From the NCBI GenBank assembly GCA_003223635.1, contig QHVS01000046.1:1-42896 (forward strand): a DNA stretch of 42,896 nt. The letters are read 5' to 3'. Shown here one piece after another: positions 18,371-26,959 of this stretch; the first letter of the stretch is position 1; each line of letters begins with the position of its first letter. A program made the position numbers and the translations under genes. Below the pieces are notes generated by a model that was not told the origin of the DNA, did no database searches, and saw nothing but the letters and a program-made list of their open reading frames with translations. The DNA is from Acidobacteriota bacterium. Its GTDB lineage: Bacteria > Acidobacteriota > Thermoanaerobaculia > Gp7-AA8.

Positions 18371-19233
18371 ATGCGAAGTCGACCGCGCTGGTGGTCATCG
18401 ATCTGCAGCGCGGCATCGTACAGCGTCAGACGGCGCCGCACTCGTCGCGCGACGTCGTCGATCGAGCGAAGAAGCTTGCGGACGCATTTCGCAAAGCAGG
18501 CGCGCTGGTCGTGCTGGTTCGAGTGACATACTCGCGCGACGATGCCGATCGTCTCAAGGCACCCACCGACGCGGCGGCGCCGGTCAGCGTTCCCCTGCCG
18601 CCGGACTTTGCCGACATCGTTCCGGAGCTCGGTCCGTTCGACGGCGATCTGGTGATCACCAAGCACCAGTGGGGAGCGTTCTACGGGACGGAGCTCGATC
18701 TGCAACTGCGCATCGTACAGCGTCAGACGGCGCCGCACTCGTCGCGCGACGTCGTCGATCGAGCGAAGAAGCTTGCGGACGCATTTCGCAAAGCAGGCGC
18801 GCTGGTCGTGCTGGTTCGAGTGACATACTCGCGCGACGATGCCGATCGTCTCAAGGCACCCACCGACGCGGCGGCGCCGGTCAGCGTTCCCCTGCCGCCG
18901 GACTTTGCCGACATCGTTCCGGAGCTCGGTCCGTTCGACGGCGATCTGGTGATCACCAAGCACCAGTGGGGAGCGTTCTACGGGACGGAGCTCGATCTGC
19001 AACTGCGGCGGCGTGGGATCCGCACCATCGTGCTCGCCGGAATCGCCACCAACTTCGGCGTGGAATCGACGGCGCGCGACGCCTGGGAGCGCAACTATGA
19101 GCTGGTCTTCGCCGAAGACGCCATGGCCGGGCTGAGCTCAGAGGCGCATCAGTTCGCAATCGGGACGATCTTTCCCAGAATCGGTCTGGTACGCTCGACA
19201 GATGCCATCACCGCCGCTCTCGGCGAATCGTAA
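18367..19233 (+). CDS. Isochorismatase-family (cysteine-hydrolase fold) protein carrying an internal 99-codon tandem duplication
   Basis: ALVVIDLQ (catalytic Asp region), [16 protein letters not shown] (Lys), [22 protein letters not shown] 18367 overlaps the AKR TGA (ATGA). 288 aa as written; 189 aa without the duplication, which is the usual family size. Confidence 0.8.
18414..19007. repeat. Perfect direct tandem duplication, 2 x 297 bp
   Basis: 18414-18710 and 18711-19007 are identical base for base on manual comparison. The antisense ORFs 18426-18662 and 18723-18959 in the track are also identical. Confidence 0.95.
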
Positions 19234-19801
19234 TCGGCTCCGACTGCGCACGCGCAGGCAGTGGCGATCGTGGTTGAAGCGAAATCACGCCAGGGAGTCG
19301 GAGGTGTGGCTCGTCTTCGCCAAACGGCACACCGGCAAAGCGTCGTTTCGGTACAGCGAAGCGGTGGAGGAGGCGCTCTGCTTCGGATGGATCGACACGA
19401 CCGTCAAGCGGCTCGACGACGAGCACTACACGCAACGCTTCACCCCTCGCTCCAACCTCCGGAATTGGTCGAAGATCAACCTGGAGCGATTCCGACGCAT
19501 GGTCGCTGAAGGTCGCATGACCGAAGCCGGACGGTCCAAGCTTCCGGCGGACGTCGCTCCGCCGCCGCGGCGACACGAGAGCGGCGATCCGATTCCCGCG
19601 TTCATCGCGCGCGGTATTGCGAACGATCCGGTTGCGCAGAAGAAATTCTCCGCACTCCCGGCGAGCTATCGTCGCGACTACGTCCGCTGGATCAGCGAAG
19701 CGAAACAACAGGAAACGCGAGAGCGACGGCTGAAAGAGGCCATTCGACGCCTGAAGTCGAACTGGAGGCGGGTCTACGATCCGTCGAGTGCTAAGAGCTA
19801 A
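19202..19801 (+). CDS. YdeI/OmpD-associated family protein
   Basis: QWRSWLKRNHARESEVWLVFAKRHTGKASFRYSEAVEEALCFGWIDTTVKRLDDEHYTQRFTPRSNLRNWSKIN...YRRDYVRWISEAKQQETRERRL. ATG 19202 overlaps the upstream gene by 32 nt, so the start is uncertain. Confidence 0.65.
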   Translation: MPSPPLSANRNRLRLRTRRQWRSWLKRNHARESEVWLVFAKRHTGKASFRYSEAVEEALCFGWIDTTVKRLDDEHYTQRFTPRSNLRNWSKINLERFRRMVAEGRMTEAGRSKLPADVAPPPRRHESGDPIPAFIARGIANDPVAQKKFSALPASYRRDYVRWISEAKQQETRERRLKEAIRRLKSNWRRVYDPSSAKS

Positions 19802-19808
19802 GAGCTGC

Positions 19809-22109
19809 CTAAGGCTGCGCTGAGGCGCGCCGGCGCGGGACGGAAGGCAACAACTTCAGAAAAACTCGATCGACACCGCCATACGCTGATTCGTTGGCCC
19901 GGCGCGTATAGGTGAGCAAGATGCCCTCGTTTGCCGACACAAGCCTGGGTTGTCGCTGACGATCTTGCGCGCGTGAAATGATTCGCCGCGGTTCTCCGAC
20001 CAAACCATCTTCGTTGAGGGTGAGCGCGTACAGGTCGACGTTGCCTGTCTGGCTTGTTTCGTCCCACGCGAGAACAGTTGTCGATCCTCTTGACGTCAGC
20101 GCTACCGATCCGTCGTACATTGTTGCGCTCATTGGCAGCACCTGCGGTTTTGAGATGGCATCTCCCGTGGGGCCGACCACGACCCACGCGAGAGAGTCCG
20201 ATCCTCTCCAGGCAACCACGTAATGCGAGCCTGCCCATGTGGCAGTCGCTTGAATGCAGTAGGTAGGAAGTTCAAACCTGTTCTTAGGAATCCCGTTCTC
20301 AACGAGTACGACATCGAGCGCTGATTCGCTTTTCCTATACAGCCCGACGCCATTTTTTGCCCATGCAACCAAGGCCTGTGAATTGCCCGCAGAGGCGATC
20401 GCTGCCCCGCGATTGCTCGTTCCGGTGGAGATCGTTGTCCCACCAGGATCGAGAAGCAACCCGCTCGCGGTGATCCGACTGGCCTGGATGCGGGCTGCAT
20501 CGATGTAACCTGAGAGATGGCCGGCCGTCCAAGCGACGACGAACTCAGACCCATCCCACGCCACATCCGGCGGGAATTGATAATGAATGTCATCATTCGA
20601 AATGAGCATCGGGTCGCCCAGCGGCAAACCGGTGATCGTCATGAGTCTGGCGCGAATCGAGTCAGGATCTGTTTCGCGCCAGACCAGAAGGACAACATTG
20701 CCGTTGGACGCAACGCGCGGCGTCAGCTGATGAGCATCTGAATCCGCGATTCGAATTCCGCGACCGTCAGGCAATTCGCCCGTCGCCAGCAGACGCGAGC
20801 CGAACACGATGGATTTCTTCTCGGAAGGGACAAACTCTTGCCAGGTAATGAAGAAGTCACTACCGACTGGGGTGATCGACGGAGACTCCTGATGTGTCGC
20901 GGAGCGCGCGAACTCAAATGCGGAAAATAGATCACCAGGGGCAGAAAAGCTGACGATGTTCCCCCAAAGGTCGACTCCCGCTCCCGGAGGCGTTCCTAGT
21001 TTCGGTACGTTGCGCATGTCGCGCCACGCAGCAAAATAGTTCGATCCGCTCGCGGCGACGGCCGCTCCGAAGGCGAATGTTTCTGCGAGGAGCTGAGTCC
21101 GCGCATCCTCGACGCGGACAGCGAACAAATGTCGTGCGCCACCGTCTTGCTGAAGAGGTGCACCGATCAGCGCGACCGCACCGTCGTTCCCAGAGGCGAT
21201 ATCTGCAATGAAACCGTCGCCTTGAAAAATCGTCCACGAAGAAGAAGTTCGGCCGCTATCGATTCGGCGGGCCTTCACCGACGACGTCGATCCACTCCCG
21301 CTCTTCCAGACAGCAACGTAAGATATGCGGTCGTACGTCAGTCGAAGCATGCCGTACACGCTTTCCACATCGACCCTGAATGGGGATTGTGTGCGCGCGT
21401 CGGCGCCGATCGGCACCACCAGAAGCTGGTTTGAAAACAGAGGTCCCACTGTCGTAACAAAGAGAAACCCTGTACCGTCGTTTGAAACGTCAAATTCAAA
21501 ACCGCCTGAATTCGTGATCACCAAGTCGCTTTTCAACACGTATCCATCGGGCGCAACGAGCGCTCCGAGAAACGTGTTTGGATGATTGCTGCTATTACCC
21601 ACGCGCCATGCGACAAGAAACTCGCGTCCGTTCCACGCGACGCGCGGATAAGGCGGCGGTATGCCGCCGGCCGGTCCAACTCCAGTCGCGTAGATCAAAA
21701 ACTCTTCCGACACTACGCCTTCCGGTGACACCCATCTTCCATACACGCCAGTCATGTCGGCGGAGCTGAGAAGATAGCGTCCGCCCCCGTACACGAGAGC
21801 CGTGAACGTCCGGTTGGTGTGCAAAGGAACAAAGAGGCTCGTGATGTCGCGACGTTCGCCAGTTGCTGAAAATCGCGCGACGTGAAGGTCGAAGTATTCG
21901 CGCGTTGGATTTGGCAAGCAGCAGCGCTGTTCCGGCCACACGCCGAGATAATCACGGCCATCGCTAGCCACGAGTGGTGGAGACTGCTCATATGCAGCCG
22001 CGCCGTAAATCGGGGCACTGACGGGAACCTCGTCAGTGGAGATCTGAGCTGCGGTTGAAATGGCCGAGAAGAGAAGCGCGCCAAGGAGAAAAACGGAGGT
22101 CCGGGACAT
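19809..22109 (-). CDS. Secreted repeat protein (about 14 units of ~50 aa; beta-propeller-like), unknown function
   Basis: Signal peptide MSRTSVFLLGALLFSAISTAAQ. Recurring unit ending in G-x-x-[FYV]-[LFV]-[VAL]-[AVT]-[WY]: DYLGVW, FTALVY, EFLVAW, GFLFVT, SYVAVW, AVALIG, NYFAAW, DFFITW, VVLLVW, EFVVAW, QALVAW, HYVVAW, TTVLAW, GILLTY. Lower GC than the flanks. Confidence 0.7.
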   Translation of the reverse strand: MSRTSVFLLGALLFSAISTAAQISTDEVPVSAPIYGAAAYEQSPPLVASDGRDYLGVWPEQRCCLPNPTREYFDLHVARFSATGERRDITSLFVPLHTNRTFTALVYGGGRYLLSSADMTGVYGRWVSPEGVVSEEFLIYATGVGPAGGIPPPYPRVAWNGREFLVAWRVGNSSNHPNTFLGALVAPDGYVLKSDLVITNSGGFEFDVSNDGTGFLFVTTVGPLFSNQLLVVPIGADARTQSPFRVDVESVYGMLRLTYDRISYVAVWKSGSGSTSSVKARRIDSGRTSSSWTIFQGDGFIADIASGNDGAVALIGAPLQQDGGARHLFAVRVEDARTQLLAETFAFGAAVAASGSNYFAAWRDMRNVPKLGTPPGAGVDLWGNIVSFSAPGDLFSAFEFARSATHQESPSITPVGSDFFITWQEFVPSEKKSIVFGSRLLATGELPDGRGIRIADSDAHQLTPRVASNGNVVLLVWRETDPDSIRARLMTITGLPLGDPMLISNDDIHYQFPPDVAWDGSEFVVAWTAGHLSGYIDAARIQASRITASGLLLDPGGTTISTGTSNRGAAIASAGNSQALVAWAKNGVGLYRKSESALDVVLVENGIPKNRFELPTYCIQATATWAGSHYVVAWRGSDSLAWVVVGPTGDAISKPQVLPMSATMYDGSVALTSRGSTTVLAWDETSQTGNVDLYALTLNEDGLVGEPRRIISRAQDRQRQPRLVSANEGILLTYTRRANESAYGGVDRVFLKLLPSVPRRRASAQP

Positions 22110-22230
22110 GGAGAGAGTGATCTTTCTTGATTTGTACGATGCAGAAGAGGCGATCGTCTACGAACGGAATTGATGAACCGGACGACGGAGCATCGCGCAT
22201 CACGAGGAAACGCGAGAGTGGGGCCCTACA

Positions 22231-22258
22231 GCTAACCGCTAACCGCTAACAGCTAAGA
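22231..22258. repeat. Tandem heptamer array GCTAACC GCTAACC GCTAACA GCTAAGA
   Basis: Read directly, in the divergent intergenic region between 22109 and 22300. In the register CGCTAAC the unit differs by 1 nt from the CGTTAAC unit of the hairpin at 23556-23620. Confidence 0.8.
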
Positions 22259-22299
22259 GCTTCTCGCCATCACGACATCGTCAGTCATCCGCGGCTCAA

Positions 22300-23562
22300 A
22301 TGTATCATCGCAGGCGAATGGCGTTCGAAGCCTTTCAAGAACGCGACTACCGCCTCTTCTGGACGTCGCAGTTCTTCTCCAACATCGGCTCATGGATGCA
22401 AGCGGTGGCGCAGGGATGGCTCGTCTATCACCTCACCGATTCACCGTTCCTTCTAGGCTTCGTCGGCTTCGCCAACTCCCTCCCCACGATTTTTCTGATG
22501 CTGCCGGGCGGCGTGGTGGCGGATTCGTTCGATCGGCGCCGTGTGATCAGCGCGTCGCAATGGGCGCAGGCGCTTTGCGCGCTCTTTCTCGCCGCGTCGA
22601 TTCGCACGCATCAGATCAGCACGTGGCAGATCTTCGTCGCGGCGATCGTGGTGGGGATCGCGGTTTCTTTCTCCGCCCCCGCGTACCAGGCCATGGTGGT
22701 CGACCTGCTCGACGACCGCTCGCGCCTCCCGAATGCGGTGGCCATGAACTCTCTGCAGTTCAATCTCTCGCGAGCCATCGGTCCGCTGCTGGCAGGCGTG
22801 ACGCTCTCCGCCTATGGCAGCTTCTGGTGCTTTTTCTTCAACGCCATTTCGTTTCTGCCGCTGATCTGGGTGCTGGGACGCCTGCGGGATCGTCAGCATC
22901 GGTCGGAGCGCGGGCCGATGGTGTCCCAGCTCGCCGAGGGATTCCGCTACGTCCTGCGCGACCGCGTCGTGCTGATCCTCCTGGCCATCGTCGGAGCGGC
23001 GAGCCTGTTCGGCTATCCCTATCTGAGCATCATGCCGATGATCGCCCGCTCACTCTTCACCGACGATGCGCGCGGCCTCGGTGTGCTGATGGGCGGCATC
23101 GGCGGCGGAGCGCTGGCCGGCTCCCTGGCTCTCTCGTTGCGCATGCCGTCGCGCCGCTGGATCGCGTCGATCATTCTCATTTCGCTGGTCATCTTCGGCG
23201 TCAGTCTGGTCGCAGTCGGCTACGTTCGCTCCCAAACGGCCATGACTTCGGTGCTCTTCGTCTGCGGCGCGGCGATGGTGGTCTGCGTGGCGCTGTGCAA
23301 TACATCGATCCAGCGGCGCGTCCCCGATGCCATGCGCGGCCGCGTGCTGAGCATGTATACGTTTGCCTTCTACGCCTTTCTGCCGTTCGGCAACCTGATC
23401 GCAGGGTTGATCGCCGAACACCGCGGATTGCCCATGACGATGTTCACGCTGGGAGGAGGATTGATCGTGTCGGCGGGAATCGCCTGGGTGGCAATTTGGG
23501 TGGAGCGATCGCGCCGGCACGCATCGGGATCATTGGAGGCGCGGGGAGAGGTCAACGGTTAA
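22300..23562 (+). CDS. MFS transporter (MFS_3 / EntS-like)
   Basis: ERDYRLFWTSQFFSNIGSWMQAVAQGWLVYHLTDSPFLLGFVGFANSLPTIFLMLPGGVVADSFDRRRV, with about 12 TM helices. Start is ATG 22300 or ATG 22318. Confidence 0.85.
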   Translation: MYHRRRMAFEAFQERDYRLFWTSQFFSNIGSWMQAVAQGWLVYHLTDSPFLLGFVGFANSLPTIFLMLPGGVVADSFDRRRVISASQWAQALCALFLAASIRTHQISTWQIFVAAIVVGIAVSFSAPAYQAMVVDLLDDRSRLPNAVAMNSLQFNLSRAIGPLLAGVTLSAYGSFWCFFFNAISFLPLIWVLGRLRDRQHRSERGPMVSQLAEGFRYVLRDRVVLILLAIVGAASLFGYPYLSIMPMIARSLFTDDARGLGVLMGGIGGGALAGSLALSLRMPSRRWIASIILISLVIFGVSLVAVGYVRSQTAMTSVLFVCGAAMVVCVALCNTSIQRRVPDAMRGRVLSMYTFAFYAFLPFGNLIAGLIAEHRGLPMTMFTLGGGLIVSAGIAWVAIWVERSRRHASGSLEARGEVNG

Positions 23563-23620
23563 CGGTTAACAGTTAACGGTGGCAGAGCCTCTGGCACCGT
23601 TAACCGTTAACCGTTAACCG
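23556..23620. terminator. Bidirectional hairpin between convergent genes, arms made of tandem AACGGTT / AACCGTT heptamers
   Basis: 23556-23587 pairs with 23589-23620 (32 positions, 2 mismatches at 23571 and 23582). The MFS stop TAA (23560-23562) lies inside the left arm; the HemQ stop (23622-23624) is 2 nt from the right arm. No flanking T-run. Confidence 0.65.
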
Positions 23621-23621
23621 C

Positions 23622-24356
23622 TCACACGAGCGAATCCAGAATTTCCTCGACTGTCGAGCGGCGGCAGGTATACATCGGCGTGTCGCGCACGGTGAACTTT
23701 GACGACTCGGTCTCGCGCAGCTCCTGCACCAGATCGAGAAACTCGGCGGGGGAATCGGCCTCGAAGGCCACCACGAAGTCCTGATCGTCCAGCCCGAATG
23801 AGTAGGTCGTATTGATCTTCACCCGCGGGTACTTGTGCCCGATGGCGATGTGTTCGTTCATGATGCGCTGTCTTTCGGACATCGGCAGCAGATACCAGTC
23901 CCGGGTCTTCACGAACGGGTAGACAAAGAGGAATGGCTTCTTTCCCGGCACGATGCGCGTCCGCCGCCCTTCCTGTCCTTCGTGCACGTGTTCGTCGACA
24001 TACTGCGAATGCTTGGTCATCGAAAGATAGGAGTGCGGGATGTCGAGATATCGGCCCAGGAGCGACTTGTTGATGTCGGAAGCCATCTGCTGGAACGGCT
24101 CGAGGTCATAGCTGATGCGCCACAGCATGAAGTCGACGGTCGATTTCAATCCGAGCGTGGAGTAGGGGAGAAGGATCATCCGTCCTTCGTAACGCTTCAA
24201 CAGTTCAGCGAACTGGCGCTTTGCCTCGCTTTTGAACTCTGCACTCTCGCGCCGCACGGCGCGATCTGCTTTGAAGAACATGAAGTTGACGAACTGGCGC
24301 CGGATCGCTGCGTCCGCCTCGCGCGCGGACTCGGTTTTGACTTCCGTGATGGTCAT
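23622..24356 (-). CDS. Chlorite-dismutase-family protein, HemQ/ChdC-like (coproheme decarboxylase)
   Basis: FVNFMFFKADRAVRR...ILLPYSTLGLKSTVDFMLWRIS...YLSMTKHSQYV...PFLFVYPFVKTRDWYLLPMSERQRIMNEHIAIGHKYPRVKINTTYSFGLDDQDFVVAFEADSPAEFLDLVQELRETESSKFT. Confidence 0.8.
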   Translation of the reverse strand: MTITEVKTESAREADAAIRRQFVNFMFFKADRAVRRESAEFKSEAKRQFAELLKRYEGRMILLPYSTLGLKSTVDFMLWRISYDLEPFQQMASDINKSLLGRYLDIPHSYLSMTKHSQYVDEHVHEGQEGRRTRIVPGKKPFLFVYPFVKTRDWYLLPMSERQRIMNEHIAIGHKYPRVKINTTYSFGLDDQDFVVAFEADSPAEFLDLVQELRETESSKFTVRDTPMYTCRRSTVEEILDSLV

Positions 24357-24653
24357 GGCGCGATTCTACGCCGAGCGCCGCGGGCAGCGCGTGCCGTGCC
24401 GTCCTAAAAAATAATGATGTGTGGGGTCCAAACTACCGCATGAAACCTACGTAAAATCGAAATCGCCGACGCCCCGAAATTCGGGATGGGCATGTGGAAA
24501 GTGAAAAGCGAGGGCCAAAAGTGCACAAGTGGCGATGCAACAGCGCGGTCAAAAACAAGAGAAACTCAACTCCGGCTGTGCTTTAGGTTGTTTCGCCCAC
24601 ACGTTTGTGCATTTCGCTCAGATCGGCTGATTGGTTACGCGCTTCTGCGTTTT

Positions 24654-25244
24654 TCACAGCGATTTCCGCAGCCTTTTCCGCAGTTTCTGTGTAAACATCC
24701 GGTCACCTTCCCGCACGATCTTCGGCTCGGGGCCCGTAAAGTCGACGATCGTTGAAGCTTTTCCATCGCGTTTGCCGGCGTCGACAATACCGTCGAGCAA
24801 CTTTCGAAGCGATTCGGCGAGCTCCGCAGGCGCGCTGATCGGATTTTCGCCGCTTCGATTGGCGCTCGTGGAAAAAAGCGGACCGCTCTCGGAGAGAATT
24901 GAGCGGAGCCAGGGCAGATCAGGGACTCGCGCGCCGACAGGTGATGATCCGCGACGCAGAATTGCGGTGAGTGGAGCGGGCCAGATCTCACGCAGGATTG
25001 GCGGAATGGTCGCGCCGAACGATTCGAGCTGCTCGGCGGACGCGGCGATGACGATGAAGGGCTTCGTCTCGTCGCGCCCCTTGATCGCAGCGAGCCGCTC
25101 GACGGCGTTTGCGTCGTCCGCCCGCGCGTGCAAGCCGTAAATCGTATCGGTCGGCATCAGAACGACGCCGCCGCTGCGCAAAACGGCCACGATCTCAGCG
25201 ATCTGGGCTGCGGTCAACTCGCCGTCGACCTGCCATCGCCTCAC
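24654..25244 (-). CDS. tsaC: L-threonylcarbamoyladenylate synthase (YrdC/Sua5 family)
   Basis: GGVVLMPTDTIYGLHARADDANAVERLAAIKGRDETKPFIVIAAS...WPAPLTAIL...VPDLPWLRSIL...GPLFSTSANRSGE...ASTIVDF. GTG 25244 overlaps the recN TGA (GTGA). Confidence 0.85.
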   Translation of the reverse strand: MRRWQVDGELTAAQIAEIVAVLRSGGVVLMPTDTIYGLHARADDANAVERLAAIKGRDETKPFIVIAASAEQLESFGATIPPILREIWPAPLTAILRRGSSPVGARVPDLPWLRSILSESGPLFSTSANRSGENPISAPAELAESLRKLLDGIVDAGKRDGKASTIVDFTGPEPKIVREGDRMFTQKLRKRLRKSL

Positions 25245-26890
25245 GAGCGCGCTCTCGCCCTGCGAGGACGGGCGCCATCGAGGAGCTCGCGCGCGTGGAG
25301 GACGGCCGAGGCGGGGATTTTTTCGCCGCCGAGCATGCGGGCGATCTCCGCGACCCGCTCCTCGTGTGCATCCAGTCGGCGGATGCACGCGCGTGTGTGG
25401 CCGCCGGAGTCCTCTTTCCAGACGTAGAAATGCGTGGCCGCGAAGCTGGCGATCTGCGGGAGATGGGTGACGCAGATGACCTGATTCCGGACCGCGAGCT
25501 CCTGAAGCTTGCGGCCGACCACTTCGGCCACGCGACCGCCGATGCCGGCGTCGATCTCGTCGAAGACGAGCGTGGCGGCGGCCGAGCGCGGAGAGGCCTT
25601 GAACAACGCGGCGGCGATGGCCAGCTGAATGCGCGACAGCTCGCCGCCGGAGGCGATGCGCTGCATCGGTTTCGGCTCCTCGCCGCGATTGGGCGCCACG
25701 AGGATGTCGAAGCGATCGAAGCCGTCGGCTCCATCGGTTCCCTGCTCCACGGCGACGCGCACGGTGGTCCGCTCCATGGCCAGGTCATTCAACTCGTCCT
25801 GGATCGCTTTTTCGAACGCGCGCGCCGCCTTCTGTCGCGACTTCGACAGTTTCTCCGCCGCCGTTCGATAGGCGGCCGACTGTCGGTGCTCGGCAGCCTG
25901 CAGCTTGCCGAGGTTGCCCTCGTAGTCGCTGAGCCGCGCGTGCTCTTCCCCGATCGTTGCCAGATGCTCCATCACAGCGTCGATGGAACCGCCGTATTTC
26001 TTCTTCAGCCGCTCGATGGTGACGAGGCGCTCCTCTACTTCGTCGAGGCGAGCCGGATCGTGACGCACGGAGTCGCTCAGTCCGGCCAGCTTGCGGGCGA
26101 CGTCCTGCAGTCGATAGATGACTTCCTGCAGCTCGCTCGCTGCTTCGCCGAGCGAGGAGATCTCGCGCGAGAGCGGCTGCAGGAGATGGATGGCCCGGCC
26201 GAGCTGCGCCAGCGCGGAGGCCTCGTCTTCCTCCAGGAGCTGAAACGCTCCGGCTGTCGCCTCGATCAGCTCCCGGGCGTGCGCCAGGATGCTCTTCTCG
26301 TCCCGAAGCGATTGCTCTTCCGGCGGGTCGAGCTTTGCCGCGGAGATTTCCTCGATCTGGTATCGCAGGAGGTCGAGTCGGAGCGCGCGATCGCGCTGGG
26401 CGTGGGTGAGCTCTTCGAGCTGGGCTGCCGTATCGCGCCATGCGCGGTAGGTTGAACGCGTCTCCTCGAGGAGCGCCTCGTGCGCCGCGTATTCATCGAG
26501 TACCTCGCGGTAGCTCTGCCCAGCCACGCGATGATGCGATTCGCTCTGCCCGTGAATGTCGAGGATTGCGTCCATCGACTCGGCCAGCTCGCGGATGGAG
26601 AGCAGAGAGCCGTTCATCAGCGCGCGGCCGCGTCCACTGATGGCGATGTCGCGCTTGACGATGACCTCATCCCCGTTCGAGAGATGGAACAGCGCCTCGG
26701 CCGACATCTTCTCCGCGCCGCTGCGAATCGTTTCCGACGACCCACGCCCGCCGCGCAGGAACTCCAGGGAGTCGATGAGCAGCGTCTTGCCGGCTCCCGT
26801 CTCCCCGGTAAGTACGTTCAGTCCCCCTCCCGGCTCGATCGCAAACTCTTCCACGATGGCCAGGTTCTGCACCTTGAGGTAACTGATCAT
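25241..26890 (-). CDS. recN: DNA repair protein RecN
   Basis: MISYLKVQNLAIVEEFAIEPGGGLNVLTGETGAGKTLLIDSL (Walker A), long coiled-coil middle, C-terminal ASGGELSRIQLAIA...LVFDEIDAGIGG...QVICVTHLPQIA. ATG 26890; the ORF-track start 27016 is an extension. Confidence 0.95.
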   Translation of the reverse strand: MISYLKVQNLAIVEEFAIEPGGGLNVLTGETGAGKTLLIDSLEFLRGGRGSSETIRSGAEKMSAEALFHLSNGDEVIVKRDIAISGRGRALMNGSLLSIRELAESMDAILDIHGQSESHHRVAGQSYREVLDEYAAHEALLEETRSTYRAWRDTAAQLEELTHAQRDRALRLDLLRYQIEEISAAKLDPPEEQSLRDEKSILAHARELIEATAGAFQLLEEDEASALAQLGRAIHLLQPLSREISSLGEAASELQEVIYRLQDVARKLAGLSDSVRHDPARLDEVEERLVTIERLKKKYGGSIDAVMEHLATIGEEHARLSDYEGNLGKLQAAEHRQSAAYRTAAEKLSKSRQKAARAFEKAIQDELNDLAMERTTVRVAVEQGTDGADGFDRFDILVAPNRGEEPKPMQRIASGGELSRIQLAIAAALFKASPRSAAATLVFDEIDAGIGGRVAEVVGRKLQELAVRNQVICVTHLPQIASFAATHFYVWKEDSGGHTRACIRRLDAHEERVAEIARMLGGEKIPASAVLHARELLDGARPRRARARS

Positions 26891-26959
26891 CCGACGGCCG
26901 AAGTGTAGCGCGTTGTGGTGCGGCAGCAACTTTGCTTTGGCAGTGCTCGGGAGCGACCC

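Noticed and set aside
23592-23607. TGGCAC string resembling the -24 element of a sigma-54 promoter
   Set aside because: The sequence 5 nt downstream is not TTGC. It lies in the hairpin between two convergent stop codons, with no downstream gene to drive.
24357-24653. A ~300-bp relatively AT-rich intergenic region between hemQ and tsaC, examined for a tRNA, riboswitch or small RNA
   Set aside because: No tRNA-like T-arm or anticodon structure and no motif I recognise. There is only a short palindrome CCCGAAATTCGGG (24473-24485) without a U-tract, and a TAGAAT-like box 6 nt upstream of the hemQ ATG with no matching -35. It probably contains the hemQ promoter, but I cannot support a specific feature. 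A covariance-model scan (Rfam) would settle it.
25109-26455. Long antisense ORFs opposite recN (448 aa). The same issue applies at 6250-7311, 7693-8571, 10832-12028, 32217-34070, 37424-38557 and 38723-39664.
   Set aside because: Each lies opposite a gene with unmistakable family motifs (RecN, E1, hydrolase, secretin, PilB, PilC) and has Arg/Gly/His-rich composition. Rejected as shadow ORFs.
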